A stretch of DNA of 64,000 bases from the human T2T-CHM13v2.0 reference genome, Homo sapiens, in assembly GCF_009914755.1 (NCBI RefSeq), contig NC_060936.1; one strand, given 5' to 3'. The notes below the pieces were generated by a model. The model searched no databases. It had not been told where the DNA came from and worked only from the letters and a program-made list of their open reading frames with translations. The position numbers and the translations under genes were made by a program. Below, in pieces: positions 23,601 through 38,299 of the stretch. Within the stretch, counting starts at the first letter, position 1. Each line of letters opens with the position of its first letter.

Positions 23601-24013
23601 ACAAGTGATGTATAAGAAAAAGATGAATAAACAGTAAAAAATCACGATAAAGAATAATGTTACAATAGAGAGAACAGCAAGGCCAAAGGTATTTTCATTG
23701 AAAATGCTTTTAAAATTTGATGAACGACTACTAAAAATATACACCTACTAACGTATCCACAAAAATAATAAATTTAACATTTTAAAAAATTGGTAACGGC
23801 CAGGCACAGTGATGCCTCCCAAAGTGCTGGGATTATAGGCTTGAGCCACCACAACTGGCCTATTTCTAGATTAAACATGGCAATACCATTATGGTCTTTA
23901 CAGTTATTTAGTGGCAATAAAACTGTATTTTCATTACATTTTAATGTCTATATGAAATAGAAAATTCATACATACTCATTACCAAACGCAGTGCATCAAA
24001 TAGAAATCCGAGT
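23601..24013. other. KLRC2-deletion junction interval
   Basis: No KLRC2 exons between KLRC3 and KLRC1. Sequences I recall as the deletion-genotyping primers (ACAAGTGATGTATAAGAAAAAG at 23601-23622; reverse complement of ACTCGGATTTCTATTTGATGC at 23993-24013) lie 0.41 kb apart. Confidence 0.75.
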
Positions 24014-24293
24014 ATATCCTACATGTTTTAAAGAAATTCAGTTTAGACATAAACTTTCCTAGAAAAATAGTCTACAAACTCAGATGGCATTACTAGTGAA
24101 TTATAACATTTAAAAATAAAGCAGTACGCTCAATAAATGCTTCTAGGTTATAGAAAAAGAGAAATTCTTCCCAAGATAGCCTTGATATCAAAACCTTTCA
24201 AGTATATAGCTATGAATAAAAACATGGTCAAATATCCTTGTGAACGTGGATGAAGAAACAAATCTTACCCTACATAAAATATATATGCACTAA

Positions 24294-24595
24294 TTTTTTT
24301 TTTTTTTTTTTTTTTGAGACAGAGTCTCCCTCTGTCGCCAGGTTGGAGTGCAGTGGTGCCCTCTCGGCTCACTGCAACCTCCGACCCCTGGTTTGAAGTG
24401 ATTCTCCTGCCTCAGCCTCTCGAGTAGCTGGGACTATAGGTGCACACCACCACACCCAGCTAGTTTTTGTATTTTTAGTACAGATGGGGTTTCAGCACGT
24501 TGGCTAGGATGGTCTCAATCTCTTGACCTCCTGATCCACCGGCCTCAGTCTCCCAAAGTGCTGGGATTACAGACATCAGCCACCACACCCGGCCA
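24294..24595 (-). mobile_element. AluS-like element
   Basis: polyT plus full antisense Alu; empty site in the KLRC3 unit (~8960). Confidence 0.93.
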
Positions 24596-25424
24596 GCACT
24601 GATATTTTATGAGGGAAATATACAATGATCACCATGGATTTATTTCAGAAACAAAGGCTGGTTTAACATTTGAAAAAATAAAAGTAGTTTATAAAATGTT
24701 ATATAAATACAACATATATCATTCCAACTGCTACAAATTAATAAAAATGTTACAATTGATAGTCTATTAGAAAATAGGAATATTATAAAACTGCTTCGAT
24801 ATGAGAAAGATAGGATGAAAACAACACCAAGCTTTGTAAATATGAATAATATGTTTAAGTATTTTTTGCCAAAATCAGAAAACGATACATATGATACACA
24901 CAGAACTTTGATTGTACCTTCTATTCAACTATGGGTATAAAACCCTAGCCAGTGAAAATAAATGAAAATAAAACTACGTTATAGCATATAGATTAAAAAA
25001 ATAAAAGTGTGATCATGTGCAGATAAAATTGCTCGTTATATAGAACACCCAGAAATAAATCAATAGTTGACATAATAGATTTACATATATAAAATCAGTG
25101 GAATAAGTAGATATAAAATCAAAATGCAGACATCAGTTGTATTTCTATTTATAACAACAAAAATTACTAAAGGGAATTTTAGAATCAGGATGCCATTTAC
25201 AAAAGCATAAATGTAAAATACCTACATTTCTGTATGACTTCAATCCCCCAAAATACAAAATACAATAGAGAGAAATTAAAGATAACACAGTACATTGAAG
25301 GAAACACTTTATATTGATTAGAAAAGTCAATATTACAAAGAAGCTAATCTTTAAAAATTCCTTTAGAGAATAAATGCAGTCACAAATAATCCCAGCAGAG
25401 GCTTTTTTTTTTTTTCTGGATAGC

Positions 25425-25430
25425 TTTATT
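25425..25430 (-). terminator. Probable KLRC1 polyadenylation signal AATAAA
   Basis: tttatt on the plus strand about 0.5 kb past the stop; the KLRC3 paralogous position (9998-10003) reads ttcatt. Confidence 0.6.
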
Positions 25431-25920
25431 GAAGTGTCGTGTACAAAGCATACATTTCATGCACTTAAAATGATTAAAATGATGTTTAGTATATTCGCAG
25501 AGTTACAACCATCACCACTACTGAAATTTAGAAAGTTTTCATCACAACACAAAGTAACGTTCTATCAGTTAGTGGTCATCTCCTATTTCAACCTCCCTCA
25601 GACATTGGCAACCACTATTCTACTTTCTGTCTCCATGGGTTTGACTGTTCTTGGTACTTCCTATAAGCTGACTCACATAACATGCAACTTTTAGAAAGGC
25701 TGAAAACCACAAATACCATGTTGAGCAAAATGAGCCCGACACAAATGCTAGGATGTCTGTACTTTAGTAATTGTGTGTATCCTGTTTCAATAATTGATTT
25801 AGAATTTTCTTATTAGAGCAAATAACATAATTCATTTTAAGATTTATGCAATCATAATATATTTCTATTTTAAGAAATATACAATTTATCTGATGCACTG
25901 CAAATGCAAACGCTTTACCT

Positions 25921-28900
25921 CTAAAGCTTATGCTTACAATGATATATTATTGAAGATCCACACTGGGCTGATTTAAGTCGATTTACTTGTAGCACTGCAC
26001 AGTTAAGTTCAGCATTATCTGAGTCTTTTATCCTGTAATGAAGAAAAATCCATATTCTGTTACATTTTAAGCAAATGATTCATGAGACGAAAGCATTTTC
26101 CATGTACTGTAAGAAAAGAATTTCATGGAAAAGGGTAATTAAATTTTTCATAATATTAGTAAGAGTCATTATTCTGAACACTCAACAGAGTAGTCCCCCT
26201 TCATCCACGAGGGATATGTTTCAAGATTCCAGTGGATGCCTGAAACGGCAGATAGTGCAGAACCTATAGAGAGATTATGTTTTCTCTACACATTCATAAC
26301 TGTGATAAAATTTAATTTATAAATTAGGCACAATAAGAGATTGACAACAATAACTACTAATAACAAAATTATAGCAATATGCCAACAGCACTACTCTTGT
26401 GCTTTGAGGATATTCTTAAGAAAAAAAGTAAGCGTGGCTTTTTAATAAAAACAAGCACTGCAATTCCCTGATAGTCCAGCTCGAGCTTGTCCAACTCGCT
26501 GCCCACGGGCCGCATGTGACCCAGGACAGCTTCAAATGCGGCCCAATACATATACGTAAACTTTCTTAAAACATTCTGTGATTTTTTTTTTCTTTTTTTT
26601 GCTCGTCAGCTATCGTTAGTGTTAGTGTATTTTATGTGTGGCCCAAGACTCTTCTTCTTCCAATGTGGCCCACAGAAGCCAAAGATTGGACACCCCTGGT
26701 CCATCTGATAATCAAGAAGGTTACTAGCTGACCAATGAGCGGTTGAAATATATGGACTACTATGGTCTATTGTAAAATATTTATGTCAGCATTTCACTAA
26801 CTTTCCACATCTTTCTTCATCTCTATGATTCCACATAGATTTATTCATATTATTCTTCTGAATTTATCCTTTATATATATATTGTTATATAGCGCCATAC
26901 AAAACAACTTACTCATGTTTGAAAGCCAAACCATTCATTGTCACCCATGGATGATGACTGCTGTTACGAAACACACCAATCCATGAGGATGGTGAAATGA
27001 TGGACAGAAATTTCTAAAAGAAAAGAAAGAATTTTCACTTAAATAATAATTATGAAAACATTATAAAAACAATATATTAAATTTGAAAACCACTATTTGC
27101 AGTGCCAAAAACTTTCATAAATGTTTATAATTTTGATATAAATGAACCCATCAATGTTTATACTTAGTACTTTTATTCTTCTCATGTTAATAAAGAAGTT
27201 TTAATTCTTGCATTATAATAGTTACCCCAATTGACTGAATAAACACAGTAAGGATTTAAATAAGTCTCCTGATACTGTGCATTCATTCCTCCAGATACTG
27301 TGACTAAATCAAACTATTTTTGTGCTATATTTCTCAGAGTTGGAGATTTAGAAGAGAAATGAGAGGTTGTCATTCAGAAATAAATGACATGGAAGCTACA
27401 TATTGGGTTTTCTGGGTACCACACCATTCTTTAACTAGATAAGCCCTCAATTTTTTATCTGATTTGGTTTTGGTGGAATAACAGTGATCCTGACCAGGTG
27501 GTGTAGACTCGTCTCTCTCTGCTACTCCCTACTAAAAACAACTATAAACTCTGGGATTAATGAAAGACAAAAGCAATGGAGAACTCTGAAAGGTGGAAAG
27601 AGAAAGATGAAATTGTCTGGGACCCTAGCATCAGGGATCAACCAAGTGTCCGAGCGAGCATGTTAAGTCCTCCACACGACAGAAGAAGGTGACCTAGGCC
27701 TGCTGTTTCCCTACACCCAACCTGGCAATAGGAGGAGGCCCAGCAAAGCTCACTCCTGTTCTGTATTGAAGGGGAGTCCCCTCCGCAACAACAGGCAAGG
27801 CTGGTACCACTGGCAAGGATGATCTACCAGGAGACTTGCTACCAATACAGCCAGAGGAAGTACTTCCTTCTCATACCAAGAGACACCAGAGTGGATGTGG
27901 GTGAGGAGGATCAGCAAAGGAACCCAATGACTACCAGTGCACCACCCAGGGTCCTCTTTGTCCCTGAGGGCATGAGACTCACTTCCCCATCCAGAGACAC
28001 AGGATTGAATGGATTCTTAGTGTTCTTTGTACATACTACAGCAGTGAACAGTAATAAACGACAGATAACCGCAATAATATGGAGGAATTGCATAAATATC
28101 AGATAGGAGTGAAAAACACAGACATGAAATTCACAGTGTATGATTCCCTTTATATAAATTCAAAAGCAGGTAAACGTTATTTATAACATTAAAAGTCAAG
28201 ACAGTGTTTTGGAGAGGAGTCAGGATAAGTGATGAGGGCATACACAGGGGTGGAACTACTAGAGCTGGAAACTTTTATTTCATGATCTGACTTGTATCAC
28301 AGGAGTTCATTCACTTTGTGATCAATCTGCATGACCAGATCACATCATGCCCGATAAAATTAGATAGCAAAATGTATTGTGGATTGAAAGCATTTCTAGA
28401 AGCATGGTTTTCCATGAAAAGCAAAAACTGAAAATAATCAAAAGTACATTAGCAGTATATGAATTTTAAAATATTATTAAGTCAATCAATTAAATACTAC
28501 ATAAACTTGAAAACATATAAGCTAAATGTATATACCCACACATATGGATGATTTCTACAAATATATTATCGACCGAAAGAAGCTTTTCATAAAGTGTTTA
28601 AAACATTTACATCTTACCATTTCTTCTTCATTATCTATAGAAAGCAGACTGGAGTTCTTCGAAGTACAGGCCAGCAAACTCTCTTCCCAAGTTCTTCTTT
28701 CCTTACCAATGTAGTAACAACTGTTGGAATATGTAATCCACTCCTCAGGACAATGGCCACAATGACGTGCTAAATAAAGATATGAATTACTATCTAGACC
28801 AATATGAATTTTTAAAAATGAAAATTAGTTCACATATTTGCAAACATATAAACCTATACGTATGCAACATATCTATACATCTTCATGGGCTGGTAAATAT

Positions 28901-30531
28901 ATAGTGTCAAAATACCCAGTCACTTATACACACATGCGCAATAAAGGGTCAGCCTTTCATCTCCTAATTGTGTTCCCATATAAAGCAAACCAGCAAACAA
29001 AAATCCACTCTATACATGTCTTGAAAAATCAATGAACTAATCTGATTTTTAAGGAACAATAAATAACTTGTATCTTATCATAGTATAGCAGTAAGAATTT
29101 GAACACAACAGATAAAAAGAAAGCATAGTGATTTTACTTATAGTTGATGACAAGTGAATGCCTTACTCTAATTTTATTTATGAACACTTATTGCCAAATT
29201 TTATAATTTTTCACCCAAAATTTTATTTTTGTACAGCCTAAGATCAAGAAAAAATAAACTGTACAATATTAAAACTTTAAAAATTATTATATACCTTTCT
29301 GAGTTCTTGTATTCAGGGAAGAATTGTTGTGCCTCTGTATTAATGTAGCTAGAAAAATTAAAGTAATCTTTGTAAAAAAATTAGCATCTAAATCAATCAT
29401 AATAATTTTTTGTTTGAATTTTTTTGTATTATTTAGAGTTAGAATAATATGGAATAAAATTGATTTTAAGAAAAATTTGATAAAGTAATGGTGGTTTTTT
29501 GGAAAAGTATTTCATAGATCTAAAGAACCAAATTTCACCATCTCATATAGTTCTTATAATTCTTGATTTAACTACTTTCAAAAATTAATTTCTATTTCTC
29601 AGTAAGGTTTTTCAGACTCCTAGAACATATTTTTGAGTTATGAAATCCAAATATATACATACGATTGCATCAGAAGCGAATACTTTCAACAATTATTCTT
29701 CCATTTATTCTTTGACAAATTCAGAATAATCATTCCACATTTAGTCCAAATATATACATTACAATGAGAACTCTATTCCCTGAAAATATGAAATGTTTAG
29801 AGGCACATTCAATCATTAACGTGAAAATTCCCCTTGTAATCTTCGAAAATAGACTTACAGGGAATAACAACTATCGTTACCACAGAGGCCATTAAGATAA
29901 GACAGATAATTCCCAGGATCCCAACAATGAGCTTCTCTGGAGCTGATGGTAAATCTGCAGGGAGAGAAATGGGAACAGTGCGAAAGGAGAGGTGGATACA
30001 GTCGTTTAGAAGATTCACAGACAAGAGAACCTGAATGCACAGGAATCATACAGAGAAACTTGGACCCCAAACCCTCATCTCCCATTGTAATCTTTTTCTC
30101 AGAATAATATACCATTGAATTTTCAGGAAAAATAATGCTCCATGAATTATTTGACAAAGACTACAAACTTCAACAATGAGTTCAATCAGTCTTCATACTT
30201 TACATTGAAATAGCATATCTCAACTTGGAATTCTGATCTTTGCAAATAGAAGATATATGAGCACTCCCTTCTCTTTCCCCACATTCCTGTACCCCAAGCT
30301 GCACATCCTAGACTGTTATATTGAGGATCTTTTAAATGCTTTACCTTTGCAGTGATAGGTTTTGTCATTCCCTTGAAAATCCTGAGAAGCTTTTTGAAGG
30401 TTTAATTCCGCATAGGTTATTTCCTGTTCAGTTGCTAAAATGGAGCTTTTATTGCCTTTAGGTTTTCGTTGCTGCCTCTTTGGGTTTGGGGGCAGATTCA
30501 GGTCTGAGTAGATTACTCCTTGGTTATCCAT
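25921..30531 (-). CDS. KLRC1: NKG2-A inhibitory receptor (233 aa) with two ITIMs; skipping the 54-nt stalk exon gives NKG2-B
   Basis: Exons 30531-30345 (187; ITIMs VIYSDL and ITYAEL), 29954-29859 (96), 29348-29295 (54), 28769-28618 (152), 27013-26913 (101) and 26032-25921 (112, ...[13 protein letters not shown]). Total 702 nt = 233 aa. Confidence 0.98.
26482..26698. mobile_element. MER30-like element in the MER44-like element (KLRC1 unit)
   Basis: Paralogous to 11054-11273 at the same insertion site. Confidence 0.8.
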
Positions 30532-30750
30532 CTCTGCAGTGTGTGATGTCAGGGACTGTACTCTATAATAACAGTAGTTAAGAAGTTAATAAATGGTTTA
30601 TATACAGGATTCCCTAGTGCAATTAAAAGGGTGAGGTGGAGAACGAGTATTGGAGCTCATTTTGCATTAAATAATCTAAAGTTCTTTCTCTGATTTTCTT
30701 CAAGCCTAAACACGTTTCTTATGAATATTTGTTTTAAAAAAAGATTTTTA

Positions 30751-31116
<366 letters not shown>

Positions 31117-32572
31117 TCAGGAATAAAAATATATTTCTTAAAGTCTGATGTTTTACCTGTGTTAAAAATTAAAATGTTGTATTAGAAAAACTTCTGCACT
31201 CATTTTTATGTTAATTTTGAAATCCAGTAATGGTTAAGACTATGTGGTCTGCACATGAGTAATAGTAAAGTTGACATATATATATATAAAAATTTCTTGC
31301 ACTACATTACTTTTATTTAGTAATTTATACACATTAATGAAAATCAATAGAGGTAATTAAATGGTCTTTTCTTAATGGCTGAAATGTTCTAAGAAATTAT
31401 TAAAAATTATTTATTAAAAATTATAAAAAATTAAATATTTGTATATGACAGAAAATGCTATGTGACACAGTTAACTTATGCATAACCTAAATAGTATTAG
31501 GAACACTACATAAATTGTTAATACTTACAGAAGTATTGGTAATTTAATTAGTAATTGGTAATTTATTTCCTGGCTAAATTATGAACCAAAAAATGATAAA
31601 TAAAAGTATAGGTAATTCATGTTAAAGCACATTTCATTTAAACTTATAGAATGATTTTATGGTTGTCAAAGTGAGTAAAGGCCACTTTAGTTGTATAAGT
31701 ACTTGTAAAATTTCAGATAATGTAATTAAATCATTTAGTCAATGGGCTCTGGAGTCAGTGAGATCTAGAATTAATTCTAGCTTTGACACTTATAATGTGC
31801 GACCTTTAAAAAGTTATTCTATTTTTAATAACCCAGTTTGTTAATCTAAAATGGGCATAAGAACATATAAAACGTTGCATGTAAAACATTTACCACTCAA
31901 CCTGGCACTTAAAGTTCTCAATAAGCATTAGCTACTTTAATTATTATTTTAGTCACAATTGTTATGTTACTGTTTCTGATTCATGTCAGTTAAAGCATGG
32001 AAAATAAATCTTCAGATAAGTCTCCTATGTCCATGCGCTACATCTTTTTTTGCAATATTTTGATCAATTTTTAAAAAGTATTTTTATTGCTTTGTAATAC
32101 CTTTAGCATTTTATGTAATCTACCTCATTCTGATTTTTATTAAAAATAAAAACTGCTTTTCTCTAATCTACGTGTCTGAGGAATTGTATTTGGCTTTCAT
32201 CAATTGATTGATTTATTTTAATAATCTTTAATGGCTAAGCTAAATATAAATTATTATTCAAAGATACATGATGTACTGATTACAAAATACAAAATTAATT
32301 GTTCATTATTGTGATGTTAATAGCTTTCCCTTAAACGATATTGATCAACAAACCCACTAGATTTCCACAAACAATAATTTGAAAACTTTAAGAAATCCTT
32401 CAACATATTTCATATTTTAGGTTTTTACCCTGAGTTATTCAAATGAAGACAGCAATATTCTACTTTGATTTTATTGTATATTAATTATACCTCCTTTGTA
32501 TCATATTGAGCACTTGAAATCACCCACTAAATGAGGTAGGCTAGTAGAGAGTTGGAGAGTAGCAATACATAC

Positions 32573-32760
32573 CTTCTGTCCCCAGAAAGTCACACATCCT
32601 TTAGTGGAGAGGCCAGGTTAGTCTCATAAAAAGGCCTGCTATAGCTGTGTAATAAAAGGTGAAATTTAAAGGCATAAATCCAAGACAAGAACAAACAATG
32701 CCTGCAATCTTCGCAGACTGCCCTGTGAAGGCTCAGAGTGAGTCAAGAGTGGAAAAAGTA
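32573..32760 (-). other. KLRC1: KLRC1 non-coding 5' exon (5' boundary approximate)
   Basis: Donor GACAGAAG|GTATGT at 32573 joins acceptor TTATAG|AGTACAG at 30562, giving ...gacagaag-agtacagtccctgacatcacacactgcagagATG, the NKG2A 5'UTR as I recall it. Confidence 0.8.
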
Positions 32761-32779
32761 GATTTCTCATCAACGTGTT

Positions 32780-32860
32780 ACTAAGGTTTGAACAGGAAAT
32801 TCTACACATGGGCTATTGTGAAATCAGTTTTATCTCATCACACACCTCCAAAATATAGGA
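32780..32860 (-). promoter_or_regulatory. KLRC1 distal promoter with ETS (ACAGGAAAT, 32792-32800) and GATA (AGATAA, 32830-32835) motifs
   Basis: Motifs lie just upstream of the non-coding exon; the block is conserved at 6521-6564 and 17251-17294. GATA-3 is a reported NKG2A regulator. Confidence 0.55.
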
Positions 32861-33725
32861 TACTTGGTCTATTAAAAGTACAAGGTTGACTTTGAAAGTG
32901 TGTCATTTAGTTGGTTCATTTTTCAAGTGCCTATGAGAATTTTTTTTTTTCTGTCTTGATCACGAACATTGTCAACCCTCACCTTGTTAAGAGTGCCTTT
33001 TAGACTAGGTTGCTAAATCTTAACATTGCATACTTCTTTTCTTTATATTATTTTATTATGTCACTTCCATTATAATAGAAAACATTCTAAAACTCATAGT
33101 AATATTATCAACTGATATCTACTGATTTTTTCCTTAATTATTCTGAAAAATTACTGCAGTAATTACTCAATTGATTGTAGCTGGCACAAAAAGCATCATT
33201 GCCAAAGTTATATTATTAACTTCTCTTAGTTCTTAAATTTTTGCACTTAATTTTTAAAAATAGATTATTTAATCTTCAGATTACCCTTGATAAAAATATC
33301 TTGGATAGGTAAAATATTAATCAATTTTGAAATATATTAGCATACCAGAAATTGAAATATTAAATAGCTATTCATTACATTCTTCATTTATTCATCCTCC
33401 GCCATAACAAATTATGTCGACTTTCATAGAAATATTTAGTTGTAAATGACAAAAACTGAAGTCAAACTATGTATGGGGAAAAAGTAATTTTAAAATCTTA
33501 CTAGGAGGAAAGTCAGTAAATTGGCAGAATAGGTGGTCCCCCACACATATGCCCCCACAGCAACAATAATTTTTCAGCCATCCACAGACAAAAGTTCCTT
33601 TGAGGGAGTTTGGAATTCAAGTAGGAGTTTGTAAAATGCCAGTGGAACCCAAGACCTAGGAAGGTTGTTTTAGGGAATAGATTTGCATCCAAGTGGCAGA
33701 CTTACCAACAGTGATTCCATCTCCA

Positions 33726-34900
33726 GACCTGAAAAGGGACCCATCCTCCTGTGCTTGCCTTCAGCCCCATTTAGGCCTTGGTCATGCTGCCAAAACCATT
33801 TGCCCAGGGGCCCAGGAGGAGACTCACACACTAGTGTCTCAGGAGGTAGGCATATCAACTGTAGTCTCAATGTAGACCCTGAAACAGCCCTCTAACTTGG
33901 CTTTAACTAGTGTCAGCCACAACTTGAGATCAGTCCTTCACCCACAGAGACTTCCTGGGAGACATATACATCTGTACCTCTGGGGCATGCTTGCTGACCT
34001 CTGTCCTACAGAAGATACTAAAATGGCCCTGAATCTCCACTCAAACTCCTCTCAACTGTGACCTGAGTTAATCACAGGAAATTGCTGTGAGACTCAATCA
34101 TCTTTGTCAGCAGTACAGGCTTGCTGACTTCAGTTCCACGGTAGTTTCTGAAACAGCCTTGAATCTTGACCTTCACCCTTCTCAGCTGTGGACTGTGAGC
34201 AGTCTTGCCAGCTCAGGGATACAGAGGGAGGACATGTGCATCCATGTCCCAACTAGGAGACCATTGACCTAGGTTTCACAGCAGATCCTTTAATTGGACA
34301 GAAAAGGGGCTTCGACACTTCTCAGCTATGCTAGAGAGCAGTTTGCCCATACAGGGACCTGGAGAGAGACATCATTAGTGCCCCTGCAGGCACAGACCTT
34401 AGTTTTATTTCAGATCTTGAAACAATTCTGGATCCAGCTCCAGCCCAACTCAACTACAGTCTGAGGCAAATCTGCCTGCCCACAGACCTGCCAGAAAACA
34501 CACTCAACCATGACCCCAGAGACAGACATGAAGACACTGGTTTCAGCTATAGACCCCGAGGAAACCTTGTGACTTAGCACTAACTCCTCTGTGCCACAGG
34601 TTGAGGAACCCACTCAGAGACCCATGAGCAGCCTTCCCAGCAAACTAGATAAACTCTTCCCCAACTACACACCTAATAATAGACCCACCATTTACAGACC
34701 TTGAAGTGGACCCTCATCCCCTCCCCAGCCCTATACAGTATGATTCTAGAGCCAGTTTGGCCCTCTGAGGCACTAAATAGGATACAAGCCTGCTAGAAGC
34801 CCTAGTAAAAGGATCATGAACCAAAGATCCCACTCTGGACCCGTAAGCAACCATGTGATCTGGCTGTAACCCCATTCAACCATGATACTGAAGGCAATCT
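33726..34900 (+). repeat. Degenerate tandem array, about 9 units of ~130-149 bp, in the host L1 5'UTR
   Basis: Anchor motif like gaccctgaaacagcc at 33726, 33875, 34014, 34144, 34284, 34413, 34552, 34697 and 34838. Confidence 0.6.
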
Positions 34901-35789
34901 CATCAGCCCAGGACACTAACAGGAGAAGCTTTTAACCTACCGAAACCAGTCTGTAAAGACTGAAAGAGAGTCTGCTCTTTCAAATGCACAGACATCAGTA
35001 CAAGGATAAACAAATAACAAAGCATCAGACAAATATGACACCACCAAAGGAAACTAATAAAGCTTTAGCAACTGATCCAAATAAATGGAGATCTATAAGT
35101 TTCCTTTAAAGTAATTCAAAACAATCATCTTAAAAAATCTCAGTGAGATGCAAAAGAAAAGAGTAAACAAAAAATACAACTAAAACAAAAAATACGTGAA
35201 CAAAATAAAAATTTAATAAAGAAATATAAACTATTAAAAAGAACCAAACAAAAATTCTGGAGCTGAAGAACACAATGAAAGAAATAAATAAGTCAATAGA
35301 GAGTTTTAATGCCCGACTCAATCATGCAGAGGAATTAGTGAACTCAAAAAAAGAGTCTTTTAAAATTAACAAATTAGAGTAAAAAAAGAATAAAAAGTGG
35401 CAAAGAAAGCATGAGACCTTTGAGACACCACCAAGAATATGGTATAGAAAGTATAGAAACTTCAGAAGGAGAAGAGAGACATAAAAAGTCAAAAATATTT
35501 TTTCTTTAAAGACATACTGTCTGAAAACCTTCCTCACTTGGGAAGGATATGGAAATCCAGATTCATGAAGCTCAATGAATCATGAGCAAGATCAGCCCAG
35601 AAAAGACTATTATGAGGCATAATATAATCAAATTGTCAAAAGTCTAAGATAAGAGAATCTCGTGGGGGGGTTTTGTTTATTTTTTAGCTTAATGTGATCT
35701 CGTTTGTCCATTTTTGCTTTGGTTTCCTGTGATTGTGGGGTATTACTCAAAAAATCTTTGGCCAGTCAACTGTCCTTGAGAATTTTTCC

Positions 35790-38299
35790 AATTTTTTTTC
35801 TTTCAACTTTTATTTTTAGATACAGGGAGTACATGTGCTGGTTTGTTACATGGGTATATTATACCAGAATAGTGAGTATAATCCAAAGTAGGTAGTTTTC
35901 TGAACCATTCTTCCCTGCTCTCCTCTCCCCTCTAGTAGTCTGCAGTGTCTTTTGTTCCCATATTTACGTCTAAGGGTGCTCAGTGTTTAGCTCCCACTTA
36001 TAAGTGAGAACCTTCAGTAGTTGGTTTTCTGTTCCTGCATTAATTTGCTTAGGATTATGGCCTCCAGCTCTGTCCATGTTGCTGTAGAGGACATGGTTTT
36101 ATCTTTTTTATGGCTGAGTACTAGTCCATGGTGTATATATGCCACATTTTCTTTATCCAGTCCACCACTGATGAGCACATAAGTTGATTCCATATCTTTG
36201 CTGTTGTGAATAGTGCTGTGATAAAAATGTGAGTGCATGCGTCTTTTTGATATAATCATCTATTTTCATTTGGTTATATTCCCAGTAGTGCAATTGAGGG
36301 TCAAATGGTAGCTCTGTTTGAAGTATTATGAGAAATCTCCAAACTACTTTCCACAGCGGTTAGCCTAGTTTACATTCCCACCAATAGTGTATTAGCATTT
36401 TCTTTTTTCTGCAGCCTCATCAGCATCTGTTGTTTTTGGACTTTTAAATAGTGGTCATTCTGACTAGTGTAAGATGGTATCTTACTGTGGTTTTGATTTG
36501 CATTTCTCTGTTGATTAGTGATGATAAGTGTTTTTTAATACGCTTGCTGGATACTTGTATGTCTTCTTTTAAGGAGTGTCTGTTTATGTCCTGTGCCCAT
36601 TTTTAAATGAGGTTATTGTTTTTCCTTGTTGTTCTGTTTAAATTCCTTATAGATTCTGGATATTAGACCTTTGTCAGATGCATAGTTTGCAAATAATTTT
36701 TCCCACTCTGTAGGTTGTCTGTATATTTCATTAATAGTTTATTTTGCTGTGCAGAAGCTGTTTAGTTTAGGTCTCATTTGTCAATTTTTGTTTTTATTGC
36801 CCTTGCTTTTAAGGACATAGCCAAAAAATTGTTTGCCAAGGCTGATGTTGAGAAAGGTATTTCCTAGGTGTTCTTCTAAAATTTTTACAGATTGAGGTAT
36901 CACATTTAAAATTTTAATTATCTTGAGTTAATTCTTCTATATGGTGAAAGGTAAGGGTCCATTTTAACTCTTCTGCACATGGCTAGACAGTTACACTAGT
37001 GATACAGGAACGAGAAAGAAATTATTTAGGCAGATAGTGAGGGTAAAGGAATTCTCAGCAAGGCTTCCCTTTTAACAAAAAGCAGCCCCAAATAACTTCT
37101 TTTCTAACAAAGAGCAGCCTGAAAAATGAAGCAGCAGACATAGATAAGCAGGCTGGAGACTTGCATGTGTGCATGCTGGCAGCTGTGCCAATAGAAAAGG
37201 GGCTGACTGGAAGCCAGGCATTTTCAACCTGGAGGCTCCATCTTCCCTTTTCTTTGTCACTAATAAAGAACCAGGCAACATGGCACAGGCCAGGTAGACA
37301 ACCATCTGCATAATAAAAGACTAGGGTTGAGTGGCCAGCTTCTTTAAGCGCTATGCAAATGGCATGCCTAGTCCGACCAATCTTTCGTGCCCTATGTAAA
37401 TCAGACACTGCCCCCTCAAGCTCATCTATAAAACCTTCTACATTTCACTGCAGAAGCAGCAACCCATTTCTCCAGTACCCATCCCTGGGCAGAGATCTCT
37501 TCTCTTTCTTTTGCCCATTAAACTTCCTGTCTTAACCTCACTCTGGTGTGTTCACGTCCTAGTTTTCTGTGGTCATGGGACAACAAACCTCAGATATTAC
37601 CCTAGACAACAAGGCGATTTCATAGCATCATTTATTGTATAAGCAGTCCATTTATATTCCTTTTTTTCTTGTCTGTCTTTTTGAAAATCAGATGGCTGTA
37701 AGTGTGCAGCTTTATTTCTGAGTTTTCTATTCTGTTCCATTAGGATAGATGTCTACTTTGTACCATACCATGCTGTTCTGATTACCGTAGTCTTATTGTA
37801 AAATTGGAAGTTGGACAGTGTAATGCCTCCAGCTTTCTTCTTTTTGCTTAAAATTGCTTTAGCTATTCAGGCTCTTTTTTGGTTCCATATGAATTTTAGA
37901 ATAGTTTTTTTCTAATTCTGTGAAGAATGGCATTGGTAGTTTGATAGGAATTGCACTGAATCTGTAAATTGCCTTAAGCAGTAAGGCCATTTTAACAATA
38001 TTGATCCTTCCAATACATGAGCTTGGAAAGTTTTTCCATTAATTTGTGTTATCTTTGATTTTTTTCAGTAGAATTTTGTAGTTCTCCTTGTAGAGATCTT
38101 TCACCTCCCTGGTAGGCTGTATTTATTCCTATGTATTTCATTTTCTTTGTGTGTATCATAAATGGGATTGTGTTTTATATTTTACTCTCAGCCTGGAGAT
38201 TATTAGTGTATGGGAATGCTACTGCTTTTGATACATTGATTTGATATCCTGAGACCTTACTAAGATCATTTATCAGTTCTGGTAGCCTTTTGGCAGTCT

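Noticed and set aside
33726-34900. CRISPR-like or satellite array
   Set aside because: Units are degenerate over their whole length with no repeat-spacer pattern, and lie inside an L1 5'UTR in primate DNA.
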